From a virus, in IMG/VR virus record IMGVR_UViG_3300042484_003756, positions 8,760 to 72,759 of that record: a DNA stretch of 64,000 nucleotides; one strand, written 5' to 3'. The first letter of the stretch is position 1. Each line of letters starts with the position of its first letter. Positions 29,010 through 39,700 of the stretch are shown here, in pieces. Position numbers and translations under genes: made by a program. The notes beneath the pieces were generated by a model, which was not told where the DNA came from, did not search any database, and saw nothing but the letters and a program-made list of their open reading frames with translations.

Positions 29010-29806
29010 AAAACCTATTAGTGAATTTTTCTGTTGGAGATAAATGTATTGACTCATTAGAGGGGGATGTATTTCTAAATTCTCTATCAAAATTTAATAC
29101 ATTCGAAAAGGCTGTATTTGTAAGTAACGTAAGCCCAGCAAATATTAAGAAGCTTGAGAAATATTTCGATATTGTAATTCCTAATAATGAAAATTTGTAT
29201 ACAAGTTATCTGGCATTATATAACTGGCTATCGGAACACGTTGATGAATATAAGTATGTAATGCATTCTGATTTAAGAGATGTTGTAATTCAAAAAGATC
29301 CTTTTAGTTTTTTTGAGTCAAATCCTGAAATCAATATGTTTTACTCTTTAGAAGGTATGAAAATAATTGAAAATGATTGTAACTTATGGTGGGAGCAAAA
29401 TCTTAGAACAATTTTAAGATCACACAATGGTTCTTACGAAAATGAGTATGTAATCAATGGCGGAATTTTTGGTGGAAAAATTGAGCATATGATAAACCAT
29501 TGTTTGATGATGTTTTCAAACACTAATAGAAAATCTCAATTTTTAGTAATGGATCAACAGTTTTTAGGATACTTAAGTCAATATCTTAAGATGAATCCTA
29601 AAAATATGCTTTGTCACCCTTATAAAGATACTTTTGCTTGTACTGGGGAAGCAATAAAGAGAGACAATGTTGAAGTTTATTTTGATGGAACTTATGTAAC
29701 CAATAAGGACGGAGAACCTTATTGTATTTTTCATCAGTGGGATAGAACTGAATTAGCAAAGCATTTTCAAAGTAAAGAATTAAACACCTTGCGATTCTCT
29801 CTCTAA
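29006..29806 (+). CDS. Putative GT-A glycosyltransferase
   Basis: SDLRDVVIQKDPF (DxxD variant), INGGIFGG, DQQ and HQWDR motifs. Confidence 0.65.
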   Translation: MKNLLVNFSVGDKCIDSLEGDVFLNSLSKFNTFEKAVFVSNVSPANIKKLEKYFDIVIPNNENLYTSYLALYNWLSEHVDEYKYVMHSDLRDVVIQKDPFSFFESNPEINMFYSLEGMKIIENDCNLWWEQNLRTILRSHNGSYENEYVINGGIFGGKIEHMINHCLMMFSNTNRKSQFLVMDQQFLGYLSQYLKMNPKNMLCHPYKDTFACTGEAIKRDNVEVYFDGTYVTNKDGEPYCIFHQWDRTELAKHFQSKELNTLRFSL

Positions 29807-30373
29807 ATCTATATCTAAGCTAGAAGCATTTTCAGGCTTTGCTTCATTTTTGGTTGCTATAATAAGCTGAATAGTTTCAAACTCTTTCATACTCAAATTT
29901 GAAAACTCTTCTTTACTCATAGAAACCAAACCTCGTGTCATATAATCAATTTCTACTACTAAAGGTGGCACGGGGTAGGTTTCAGTATCATTTGGATTAT
30001 AATATTTTTTAGTAGCGATATAGTAAAAATTAGCTTCATCTGCATTCAAATATAGGTAGTTTTGATATTCAACCCATAATTTTTCAATTGTCTTGTGATC
30101 AATTGCATGAATCAATGATGATTCAAACTCAGGAATATAGTCTTTCTGAGTGTCTGTGTCATAAGCTCTCAAAATAGCAATATTAAGTATTTCACGTTTT
30201 TCAAATTCTGAATTCTGGTAAATAATATTATCTTTTTTTCTAAATGATTTAGCGTCAATTAATAATCCTTCTTTCCAGGTTATTTCACGGATAATAAACT
30301 TTACAGAATCAATATTGATAATGTGAACTTTATTCGATTTGTTTTTTTCGTAAAATTCAATAAATTCTTTCAT
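29780..30373 (-). CDS. Putative tail assembly chaperone
   Basis: 197 aa, immediately downstream of a tube-like gene; FIIREITWKE segment. The call is mainly positional. Confidence 0.45.
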   Translation of the reverse strand: MKEFIEFYEKNKSNKVHIINIDSVKFIIREITWKEGLLIDAKSFRKKDNIIYQNSEFEKREILNIAILRAYDTDTQKDYIPEFESSLIHAIDHKTIEKLWVEYQNYLYLNADEANFYYIATKKYYNPNDTETYPVPPLVVEIDYMTRGLVSMSKEEFSNLSMKEFETIQLIIATKNEAKPENASSLDIDLERESQGV

Positions 30374-31620
30374 AGTAAAAATTCTGATACTCTGCTATTT
30401 AATAACCCGTTAAAAGCTGTAAACTCTGATAGTCTGACAGTGAACTTATACTCAATAAAATAACCATTACCTGGACTTATAGTAATAGTTGGCTGTTGCC
30501 AATCTACATTTTTCATAGTGTAAAAAAATACACTTCCAAAATACATTGTAAGTGAAGATGCATTTGTATTTATAAAACTATAATTTTGAGGACTAAAGAG
30601 TTTTATTGTGCCTGTAACCCTTCTGCTGCTCAAAGAAGCAAATCTTGGTCCAGCAACATCATAAAAATCTTTTAATATATTTCCCTTAGAAAAACCTGGA
30701 TAAGTAAAAGTAAAATCTACAGATTGTTGTATGGACAATGACATACTAACAATTTTATGAATTGGCATACTATTTGAACTGTAAGCGTTCTGAACAGTTT
30801 TAGCAAAATCTCTAAAAGCATTACTGCCTATAAAAACACCTGAACTAAATGCGCAGTCGGAAAGATTTATAGCTCTATATTTATCTTGAAAATTATTAGA
30901 CTCAGCAGTATTAAATTGACCATCTTTTTCATTCAATGGCTTAATTTTTATGTAATTATTATTTAATAAAGGTCTATTTATAGTGACCCCATCAGGTGAA
31001 ATTACAGATCTACCACCTACTAAAGAACATGAAATATCAACATCTCCTAATTGATCCATGCCGTCTACGCTAATGTTAAAAGAGCTTATAAAAGCTGGTC
31101 CAAAAGATTTATGCGTTGGAATGCTTGAGCAAAACAATAGAGGATACAAAGGTATTATCGATGCTCTGTAAATTACATTTTCTGCTGAATATTGTTGGTT
31201 AACATTTGTTGATAATATTGGACTAAAAGAAAAATTACCTGAATATTGATATTGATTAAAAACAGGATGATTCAATACTGACAAACCAGAAAAATTCTGT
31301 ACTGGTGCATAAATACTTTCACCAGAATTATCTGTGAATGATGAACAATATAATGGTTTGTAATCATTTGAAAATCTTTTGTAAAAAAAATTTCCAGATA
31401 CGTGTGTGGCTCTGTTTGTCATATTTGCACTTAGCAAATACAAGTCCCACAAATGAGACCTTGAACCTGTAATGTTTTTAGCTATCCTATACCCACCGAA
31501 ATATTTAAACTGCTGATTATATAAATCTGTCTGAGTAAAAGGAGCCAGCTCACAAACATATATATTATGTCCTGAAGCTGGGTATATTCCATTTATGACA
31601 TTATTTATAATATCTGGCAT
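30370..31620 (-). CDS. Tail-tube-like protein (second copy)
   Basis: FISSFNISV..VDISCSLVG, IVSMSLSIQQ and RRVTGTIKL parallel the motifs of the 32007-33479 protein. Confidence 0.5.
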   Translation of the reverse strand: MPDIINNVINGIYPASGHNIYVCELAPFTQTDLYNQQFKYFGGYRIAKNITGSRSHLWDLYLLSANMTNRATHVSGNFFYKRFSNDYKPLYCSSFTDNSGESIYAPVQNFSGLSVLNHPVFNQYQYSGNFSFSPILSTNVNQQYSAENVIYRASIIPLYPLLFCSSIPTHKSFGPAFISSFNISVDGMDQLGDVDISCSLVGGRSVISPDGVTINRPLLNNNYIKIKPLNEKDGQFNTAESNNFQDKYRAINLSDCAFSSGVFIGSNAFRDFAKTVQNAYSSNSMPIHKIVSMSLSIQQSVDFTFTYPGFSKGNILKDFYDVAGPRFASLSSRRVTGTIKLFSPQNYSFINTNASSLTMYFGSVFFYTMKNVDWQQPTITISPGNGYFIEYKFTVRLSEFTAFNGLLNSRVSEFLL

Positions 31621-32007
31621 TTATTTTCCGCCTGTCATTTCTAACCATTTTTTGGATAGTGCTTTTACCAATTCATATCTCATCAAACCAACATTATGAG
31701 GATCTGGATAAAAGGTTTCCTCATTATCACCATCTTTAATCTTAATTACAGAAAAGAAACTAGTAATGATGTTTTTACAAAGTACTGAAGTTCTCAATAA
31801 TGGATTACCTGTTACGGAATTGATGATAGTTGCGTCTTCAATAATGCTTGACATATCAGCAAAATTTCTTCCTTTTACATCGCAACAAATTTCACATTTT
31901 CCATTAGGATCCATTTTGTAGCAAAGAACTTCTCCATCAGTGTTTTTAATAACATTGCAAGTGATTCTTAATTCAAATCTTTTTCCAGCGTCTACAAAAA
32001 TACTCAT
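31621..32007 (-). CDS. Putative tail assembly chaperone
   Basis: 128 aa, following the first tube-like gene; positional call. Confidence 0.4.
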   Translation of the reverse strand: MSIFVDAGKRFELRITCNVIKNTDGEVLCYKMDPNGKCEICCDVKGRNFADMSSIIEDATIINSVTGNPLLRTSVLCKNIITSFFSVIKIKDGDNEETFYPDPHNVGLMRYELVKALSKKWLEMTGGK

Positions 32008-33479
32008 TAATAACTTCCTGTCGGTTTTAGTACTGGGTCAAATGTATAGTTTTGAGTTGCTACTGAAAAATTTACTTTACTCTTCTGATAATTCATTTTA
32101 GAATGTTCTTGTGACTCGGTTGACCACACTACTTCAGGTAACTCTAGTTTAATTGGTCCCATATCAAAAGTTATACCATCATTATTTATGCTACTTGGTC
32201 CAGATAAAAACTCAACCATTGCCCAAGGTTTCATAGGTCCAGTATAGGTAATTGATCCTGAAATTTTACGTCCTTCAGAATAATATCCATAAGGTAATGA
32301 ATTCTTGAAAAAATTTAACTTTTTATCACTATTTTTGCTATTTAAAGTAAATATTGGTTTCAAATTATTTTCAATGCTTATAGACATTTCAGTAACATAT
32401 ATACTATCCAATTGTGATTGTTGAAATCCTCTAAAAAGTTTAGAATCTAAAATGCCACCTAAGCCAAACAATCCATATTCTGGAGCACTTTTGTAAACTC
32501 TGACGTTATAACCATTAAGAATATAACTTGGTTTTTTCTTAAAATAATTTTCTACAATTGAGGTAAAATTGTTGAACATTTGTACTTGATAAGTTCTATC
32601 AACATTCAATACTTTTAATTCAATATTGGCAACTATTTGCTCTCCTGGAATAAAGCTTATTGTAAACTTGTCAACTAAACATCCACTTAATAAGCCTTGT
32701 TTTAAAGTAAATAATGAGAATGATGCTTCTTTTCCGTTAGATTGTGGATAAGCAGAAATATAGGAAGTGTCTCTATTGAATCCGACATTAACTCCAGCAC
32801 CAATGGTAAGCAATCTATCAGCTTTATTAATAGCAGTGACTGTTACCAAGTCATAACTTGTGTTTGTGTCGGATTTTATTTTTGCTTGAAAAGGTAAAGA
32901 TAGTCCCATAAATTCGGAAATATTATCAATATAAAGCTGACTTGTTCCAGCTGTTATGGTAGAAGCATTATCAGTTGTAAATCTACCTATAAATGAAGTT
33001 GGAGAACCTTTGAAAGCTTCAATGCAATAATCAAAAAAAGCAGCTAAAGAGAAATCTAAATATCCCCAGCTATCAACTTTGAAAGGATATGTAAAACTAA
33101 CAACATATTCTTTTGGTCCTAATTGAAATGTATTTGGATTTACCCCTTCACCTGCGTATCTTTGTCCAGCATCAGAATCTTGAGTTCCTTGCATATTAAA
33201 ACTATCAATTGAAAATAAATAGTTCGTATTGATATTTGAAAATGATAAATTGAAATCTGGATCTTCACCAAATTCTCTAGACAGTGCAAAAATATCAAAA
33301 TATCCAGTTTCAAAAGCTGGCGCATATAAGTGTGAGCTAAAGTTGTTATAAGCTTCTTTATAGAGGTATTGTGATGGGAAATATTCTGAACTACCAATAC
33401 TAGGAGCAATTACAGTTTGATCTACGGCAAATGCTTTAAAATCTGATTTAAATGAACTGGCATCAATATTTTCTTTCAT
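32007..33479 (-). CDS. Tail-tube-like protein with an inserted small beta domain
   Basis: SGCLVDKFTISFIPGEQIVANIEL, VTEMSISIENNL and GRKISGSIT are typical tail-tube strands. ATG 33479 is preferred over TTG 33503. Confidence 0.6.
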   Translation of the reverse strand: MKENIDASSFKSDFKAFAVDQTVIAPSIGSSEYFPSQYLYKEAYNNFSSHLYAPAFETGYFDIFALSREFGEDPDFNLSFSNINTNYLFSIDSFNMQGTQDSDAGQRYAGEGVNPNTFQLGPKEYVVSFTYPFKVDSWGYLDFSLAAFFDYCIEAFKGSPTSFIGRFTTDNASTITAGTSQLYIDNISEFMGLSLPFQAKIKSDTNTSYDLVTVTAINKADRLLTIGAGVNVGFNRDTSYISAYPQSNGKEASFSLFTLKQGLLSGCLVDKFTISFIPGEQIVANIELKVLNVDRTYQVQMFNNFTSIVENYFKKKPSYILNGYNVRVYKSAPEYGLFGLGGILDSKLFRGFQQSQLDSIYVTEMSISIENNLKPIFTLNSKNSDKKLNFFKNSLPYGYYSEGRKISGSITYTGPMKPWAMVEFLSGPSSINNDGITFDMGPIKLELPEVVWSTESQEHSKMNYQKSKVNFSVATQNYTFDPVLKPTGSY

Positions 33480-33486
33480 ATCAAGC

Positions 33487-35937
33487 CTATGGGGTTGTTT
33501 CAATAGTTATAAGATCGTAAATATCCCATAAAATTGGACCATTGTTTATTCTTGTTACATCTGTTCCAGGTGTTACATAAGCGTCCAAAATTCTATCAAA
33601 TACTTGTAAATCATTTCCTAATTCAAATCTTTGATTTCTTGCTGTGCCTTTTGGAACTGTAGTGGTAAGTGTTGTAGGCTCACCATTTTCACCATTCTGT
33701 GCAATAACTGTTACAACTAAATCGTTTTTAATTGTTTGATCATCTGTTGTAGCAATTCCCGTTGTAGAACCATTGAAAATAATATTTGAAGAAGATAGAT
33801 CATCTACGTAAGGAACATAAACTGATATTTTTCTAGATTCAAGTGAGACTCTATTTGTAAGCTTCATTCCACGTCTTAAAATTTCACCAGATATATTTCC
33901 GTCATCTAGGTATCCTCTAAACTTGTAATAAGCTGTTCCTCCAGTGCCAGTCCAAGAAGATCCACTATTTACAGATGTCAAACCTTGTCCAGAACTTCCT
34001 GAAATAACTCTAGTGTAAAGAGCTGTGGACCCTAAGCCAGTTGAAAAGTCTGACGGCTTGTTCAAAATCAACCAATAAGTAGTGCCTTGTAGAAGATTGG
34101 CTCCAGTGCTGAATTTTACAGTATATTCGTTTGTGCCCTGTAGAATATCTGAATTTCTTATAACTGAAGCGCTTGTGATCATTCCATTGGGCGTTGGTGT
34201 TGATCCAGTCGCAGAGTAAATTGATATAGATAAACCTGTTGTTCCAGATCCAGTAGATTGACCACCAGCAGAATATTTTAATTTAAGAGTAACTCCACCA
34301 ACAAAACAATTTTCATTTGGTGTAATCTTAAACGCTGATAATCCGTTTCTTAAAACTAAATCAGAATCATCAACTATTGAAGTCATTGTATTGTAAGATG
34401 GGTACTGAATTTCATTAATATTAGTAAGCTTTCTTTCAATCAAATCGCTACTCAATTGTGGTTTTTTGTAGACGTGATAGAAAAGTGGATTTGTTATACC
34501 AGCACCTGACCAATTTAATTCAACTAGATAATTACTTGTAGTGAAATTTGAAGAAACAAGATTGCTATATACCGGAATGCTTTCTACATATTCATCTGTC
34601 GAAATATTGTAAACAATTGTTGTTCCATAAATTTGAGTCCCAGATGACAATGAAGATATATAGTTAGAACAAGGAATAACTAAATTTGTAAATCCTGTTG
34701 CAGCTGCTGTATTATTACTTCCAATTGCGGCATTGTAAGTTATTAGATCGCCTCTAAAAATAGCAAATGTGTGCTGAACGTCAGATCCTACAGTTTCGTA
34801 ATAGGCTTTGGAGAAATTGTAAGGCAGTTCAAATCTTTCAAGTCCACTAAAAGATAAACCCTTAGAATAGAATTCTGTTTTTCTAAAAGGCTGCGTGGCT
34901 AACAATTCTCTATTAGTTTGACTTGAATTGAAAGATACAGTACTTAGATATCTATAAACTGCAGATACTGTGTTTGAAACATAATCATTTGATTGATAAG
35001 CAGTTAGTGCTTCATTTGCGTTAGTGCAACTTTCAATAATTAAATTTTTATCGGCAGAGTCACCTAATATTTGATAAGTTGATATGTCTGTTGGCATATC
35101 AACAATAGTTCTTGTCAAGCCTGTACCTGAGTCTACTACTACTGGATTTTCAGGATTTTTAACCATTACCTTACTTATAGGAATCCAGCTTTGAGGTAGT
35201 GGAGGAAAATAATCAAAATTATTTATATTTTCAGAAGTTTCTAAGACTGGAAAACCTGTAATAAATTTGACTCTTGGTTGAAATAAGAAAGTGACAGGAT
35301 TATCAAGATAATAGGTGACAGGTAATGTTCCGAAAGAAGACCCGTTATAGTATGAAGGATCAACTATCAATCCTGTCATATCATCTGTAGTATTTGAAAA
35401 AGTTATCAAATAGTTTCCAACAAATGCTTGAATAGGAAAGCCTAAATTCTTAGCAATTGTTGCATCTTTTACATACAAAATACTTGTTCCAGATAAACAA
35501 GTTGTGCTTACAGTTGTTGCCCAAGTTTGAGTTGCTTTTTTTACTTCAGAAATTGGTAAACCTAAAGTTACACCGTATTTATAACTTGCACCAAATCCAC
35601 CTGAAGAATAATTTTTAGACCACTCTTTTTTTAACGGAATTTTTTGTGGTTGTAAATTAAATACGGATCCATTGTAAGCAACTTGTCCGCTTCTTACCGT
35701 TACATAATAAGGATCAAATGCAATGTCATAAGTTGTTTCGCATCCTAAAGGAGCAGTTTCAAGAATACCAAAATATGGAGATCCATTATTTGCCATTGAA
35801 AGTAAATTATTTATTTCAAATATAGAAGAACCAGGAGTATCAATATCTCCAATGCCATAATTCAAAGCATCGTAAATATTACCTACTGTTTTTGTTAATT
35901 CAAGAACTATCTCTTCAACTTTTGATGATATTGCCAT
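33487..35937 (-). CDS. Virion structural protein (tail/baseplate, putative)
   Basis: 816-aa S/T/G-rich, beta-rich protein in the tail operon. It shares an AFKITPN..TYW..SWT domain with the 1567-aa protein. Confidence 0.55.
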   Translation of the reverse strand: MAISSKVEEIVLELTKTVGNIYDALNYGIGDIDTPGSSIFEINNLLSMANNGSPYFGILETAPLGCETTYDIAFDPYYVTVRSGQVAYNGSVFNLQPQKIPLKKEWSKNYSSGGFGASYKYGVTLGLPISEVKKATQTWATTVSTTCLSGTSILYVKDATIAKNLGFPIQAFVGNYLITFSNTTDDMTGLIVDPSYYNGSSFGTLPVTYYLDNPVTFLFQPRVKFITGFPVLETSENINNFDYFPPLPQSWIPISKVMVKNPENPVVVDSGTGLTRTIVDMPTDISTYQILGDSADKNLIIESCTNANEALTAYQSNDYVSNTVSAVYRYLSTVSFNSSQTNRELLATQPFRKTEFYSKGLSFSGLERFELPYNFSKAYYETVGSDVQHTFAIFRGDLITYNAAIGSNNTAAATGFTNLVIPCSNYISSLSSGTQIYGTTIVYNISTDEYVESIPVYSNLVSSNFTTSNYLVELNWSGAGITNPLFYHVYKKPQLSSDLIERKLTNINEIQYPSYNTMTSIVDDSDLVLRNGLSAFKITPNENCFVGGVTLKLKYSAGGQSTGSGTTGLSISIYSATGSTPTPNGMITSASVIRNSDILQGTNEYTVKFSTGANLLQGTTYWLILNKPSDFSTGLGSTALYTRVISGSSGQGLTSVNSGSSWTGTGGTAYYKFRGYLDDGNISGEILRRGMKLTNRVSLESRKISVYVPYVDDLSSSNIIFNGSTTGIATTDDQTIKNDLVVTVIAQNGENGEPTTLTTTVPKGTARNQRFELGNDLQVFDRILDAYVTPGTDVTRINNGPILWDIYDLITIETTP

Positions 35938-35938
35938 T

Positions 35939-36793
35939 TTATATATTTATACTCAACTCTGATGATAGATAGGATAAAAGTCTGCTTGGTAAAAGTTGAT
36001 TAGAATTTTGCCAATAAGATTTAAAATCTGGCTCCCAAGTTGAATTTCCTGCCCAATTTTCAATAATTTCTTTTGTTAAATTTTTCTGTGTATTATATTG
36101 TTCTGAAATTATTACATAATTTCTTATAATTGAACCAACTACTATTTTAGAAATATTCTCTTCCGTATATCCAAAGTATCCTCTTGGTAATCTTTCATCT
36201 ATAAGTTTGAAAAATACTCTAGAGTTTTTTATCGTCCCATCGTAATAAGAAACGTCTGCAATGAATTTATAAATTTCTAATTGATAAGTTTTATTTGTAG
36301 TAAAAGATAACTCTTGAGATGTTTTTATAATCTCTTCAGCAGTAGTAATATCTATGTCTTTACTTATAATAAGAGGACTACCGCTAGGGTCACTTTTTGG
36401 TCTTGCTAAAGAAAATGTAAGTTCTTCTCCCTCTGAACTATCAGAGGTTAAAAATACTTTTCCAAATATGTAACCGTCTGACATTATGTCAAGATTTCCT
36501 AATATTTGTTGAATCGTATAACCTTGTTCGTTACCTGTAGGAAGTTCTATATTTGAAGTAGATAAAGCTGTCTTAACAAGTCCTTTGCCAAAACTTAAAA
36601 CATCTAAAACCATATTGAAGTTTTGTGATTTTATAGCTGATAATCCATACAATAACTGTAAATTTCGCTCAACTGTATTATTTGACAAAGCATATTCTTG
36701 AGAAGCTAAAGCAATATCTACAGTTTTTTCTGTTTGGTCTAAAGCAAGCACTAGATTATTCATTGTGATTGCTGACGCATAATTCATTGCCAT
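35939..36793 (-). CDS. Hypothetical tail-module protein
   Basis: 284-aa ORF tightly packed in the operon; no recognisable motif. Confidence 0.6.
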   Translation of the reverse strand: MAMNYASAITMNNLVLALDQTEKTVDIALASQEYALSNNTVERNLQLLYGLSAIKSQNFNMVLDVLSFGKGLVKTALSTSNIELPTGNEQGYTIQQILGNLDIMSDGYIFGKVFLTSDSSEGEELTFSLARPKSDPSGSPLIISKDIDITTAEEIIKTSQELSFTTNKTYQLEIYKFIADVSYYDGTIKNSRVFFKLIDERLPRGYFGYTEENISKIVVGSIIRNYVIISEQYNTQKNLTKEIIENWAGNSTWEPDFKSYWQNSNQLLPSRLLSYLSSELSINI

Positions 36794-39700
36794 TATTTGT
36801 TCCTAATCACAATCTTGTCAGTAAGTGGAAATCCATAATATTGATCATTGATTTCGTCTAAAGTTTTACCAACAACTAAATAAGAAAGTTTTTCTATTTT
36901 ATTACTGTCAATCAAAATAGGACTTACTGATGAATCTTGATAGAAAGAACTATCAACATCCTGCCAAGTTGTTGATCCAGTTTTCCTCCATTCCAATTTC
37001 AAGTTATGTATATTCTGATAATTATTAAATTGTAACTCTAAGGATATTGGTTGTGAGCTTCCAGTTGCTACATATGAAGTAGTGAAAGATGTTGAAGTTT
37101 TGTTTTTCCAATTACTGATATAAGGTTTTTCTTCATTATTGATATATAACTTTATTCCGCCATTTGTAGTTACTTTAAAATCAAAAGTTGACCCTAATGA
37201 AGATTGAGTTGTAAAATCTCCAATTGCATATCCATTAAAATAATTTGTTTGTCCTAGCCCACTAAAATTATCAAAGTTTATATTGTAATGAGCTGAAGTT
37301 ATATTACTCATATCGTTACTATCTAATTCAAGATAATTCCAAGATGATTTGCTATACCATTGAGCTATCCATGTCGGAGATTTATCAAGTTTCACATAAG
37401 TTGTTTGCAATTGGTTATTGACAAAATACTTAAGATATAAGTGGATATCATTTGCTCTCTTGATGTATCTATTAAGATTATCTCCAAAATAGTGAGTATT
37501 TGCGGACCCTGAAAGATTGCTGCTAAGGTAGATTTTATAATTATTATTTATTGAATCGTAAATCAAGTTTGTGATAGCTGTTCCACTAGTAATTACATTA
37601 GAAGTGACAGCAATTCCGACCATTACTGATGTATCAAAATTTTCTTCTGGTATGTAAAGAAGATTTGTCCCAGATGTTCCAGTAGCTCCAATTGCAGTTA
37701 CTCTTGAAACAAATGATCTTGGATAAATATATAATTGAGATGGAGTAAATAATTCTTGATTGTTTATTGACCAAAATTCATCTACATAATAATCCGTATT
37801 ATTTGCTCTAGTTTTGTTAGGTTCAGGCAAAACTAAAGAAGAATTATTAAAGTCCCTATTGAAAGCTGCGTAAATTTCATCATCTAATCCATAAAAAATA
37901 ACATATGGAGTGCCTGTAGAAGATGTCCAAGAATATCCATCATAAAAAGCTATATTTGTTGCTGTTGGGGAAGCACTTTCTTGGATTTGCAATCTTAAAT
38001 CGTATTTAATTACATAGTTTTGATTAGTGCTTGTTCCTGCGCTTTCTGAAATAGTCATTGAGGAAGATGAGCCAATAGATGCAATTTCATACCAAGTTGA
38101 AATATCACTATAACTAGAACTACCAAATCCTATAGAAGCATATTTTTGATATTTATTAAAATCAGCAGTTGTATTTTTTGATGGGTTGTAAAGTCCACTT
38201 ACTGCTGTTCCACTTACACTTACTAATCCTAAAGTTTTGCTATCATAATTTGGAGGATTAGTATTTGAATCAAATACAATCCAATATGTTCTGCTTTTTG
38301 TTAGTGAATAATTTACATAGAAGTAAACATCGTCAAGAATATTTTTGATGCTTTTGTAAAAAACTTTTGAGCCTGTAATAAGTTTTGAATTAGGAAGACC
38401 ATTTTTATTATCCCAAATACTACATTGAATATAAGCATCAGGATTATTACATACCGCTAAACTTTGCAATCTAATCTTTAATGACTTGATATTTTGATAA
38501 TCATTTGGCGTTATCTTGAAAGCAAATCTGTTGTAATTAACACTCTTATATCCACCTTTTGTATCCTGGATAATGTTAGTTGCATCAATTATAGAAATTT
38601 GTTGTTTGAATACATTTTCTAAATTATTTATAGAAGTGTCAGAAGTCGAGTATCCAGCAATACTTATTAAGAAAGAATCAGATCTTAAATCTAATAAATT
38701 TTGAGCAGTGAAAGTTTTGAAATCTTTTTCTCCACCAGTGACTTCATTATAGTTAGAAATCCAATGTATATTTTTGTTATATCTGTAGTTGGAAACAGTC
38801 ATGCCAATTTCTTTAATGTTTGAAAATGTATTAGAAAATTGGCTAGAATCAGGCGTGTAAAAAGATTTTGTCAATTCATAATCACTAATTTTATCTTGTA
38901 TTTCAGCTTCAGTAATATTAGGATTTGAAAGTTTAAGATTGCTTATAAAATCTGATTTGGTTTGTTTTGTTTGATCAACAGGCTGGACTTGCTTAGTTAA
39001 TATTGCTCTACTCTCTCCCATTTGCATATTTGGAATGATCGCAGCACTACCAAATAGTCTATATTCTTCTATGGAATTGAAAGTGCCAGGAGAATTACTG
39101 GTTTTTTCTGTTTGTGATCCTTGTTTAAAATACCCAGAAGTGGATAAATTTTTCTTTTGTCTATTAGTATATTCGTCATCAGTGATAAAGAATTTTGATG
39201 AATTTAATTTTATATTTTTTATAAATTTATCACTAGAAGAATTTTCAAAAACAATTGAAAATGAATAATCTTTAGTCAATCTATTTCCATTGTTTTCTTG
39301 GTCTAGCTCACCTTGTGTGTTAGAAAACTCTTGATAAAATTCAAATTCTGTATTATTTTCAAAATTTATATTTTTCAAAGTCATTCCATTTTCATCATAT
39401 TTAAATGCTAATGTAGTGGGAGGTTTGGTAAGCCAAGATATCATAGCATTTGCGCCTGTTTCTTGAACTTCAATATTGATAGGTTCTGTTTCTAATGGAC
39501 TGTTTTTAACTCCGTAAAATTGATTATCTACTGTAGTTTTATAATTTTCCTCAAGAGTCAAATAATTATCATTTATAATTGATAAAACTTGCCCATATAA
39601 AGACATACCATCAGAACTGTAAAGATAATCACCTTCAGTAATTTCTGTAGTAAATTTAGACAAATTTCCAATAACTACATTATTTCCTGAAGAAATTGTA

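Noticed and set aside
12764-29806. Host O-antigen locus, i.e. a prophage boundary or chimeric contig
   Set aside because: It is flanked on both sides by phage structural genes, overlaps the last tail gene, shares the leaderless promoter motif with the portal gene and lacks wzx/wzy/wzm/wzt. A read-level check is still advisable.
31621-31640. Programmed -1 frameshift at the end of the chaperone-like gene
   Set aside because: The end reads GGCGGAAAATAA, which is not a canonical XXXYYYZ heptamer, and the next gene starts with its own ATG right after the stop.
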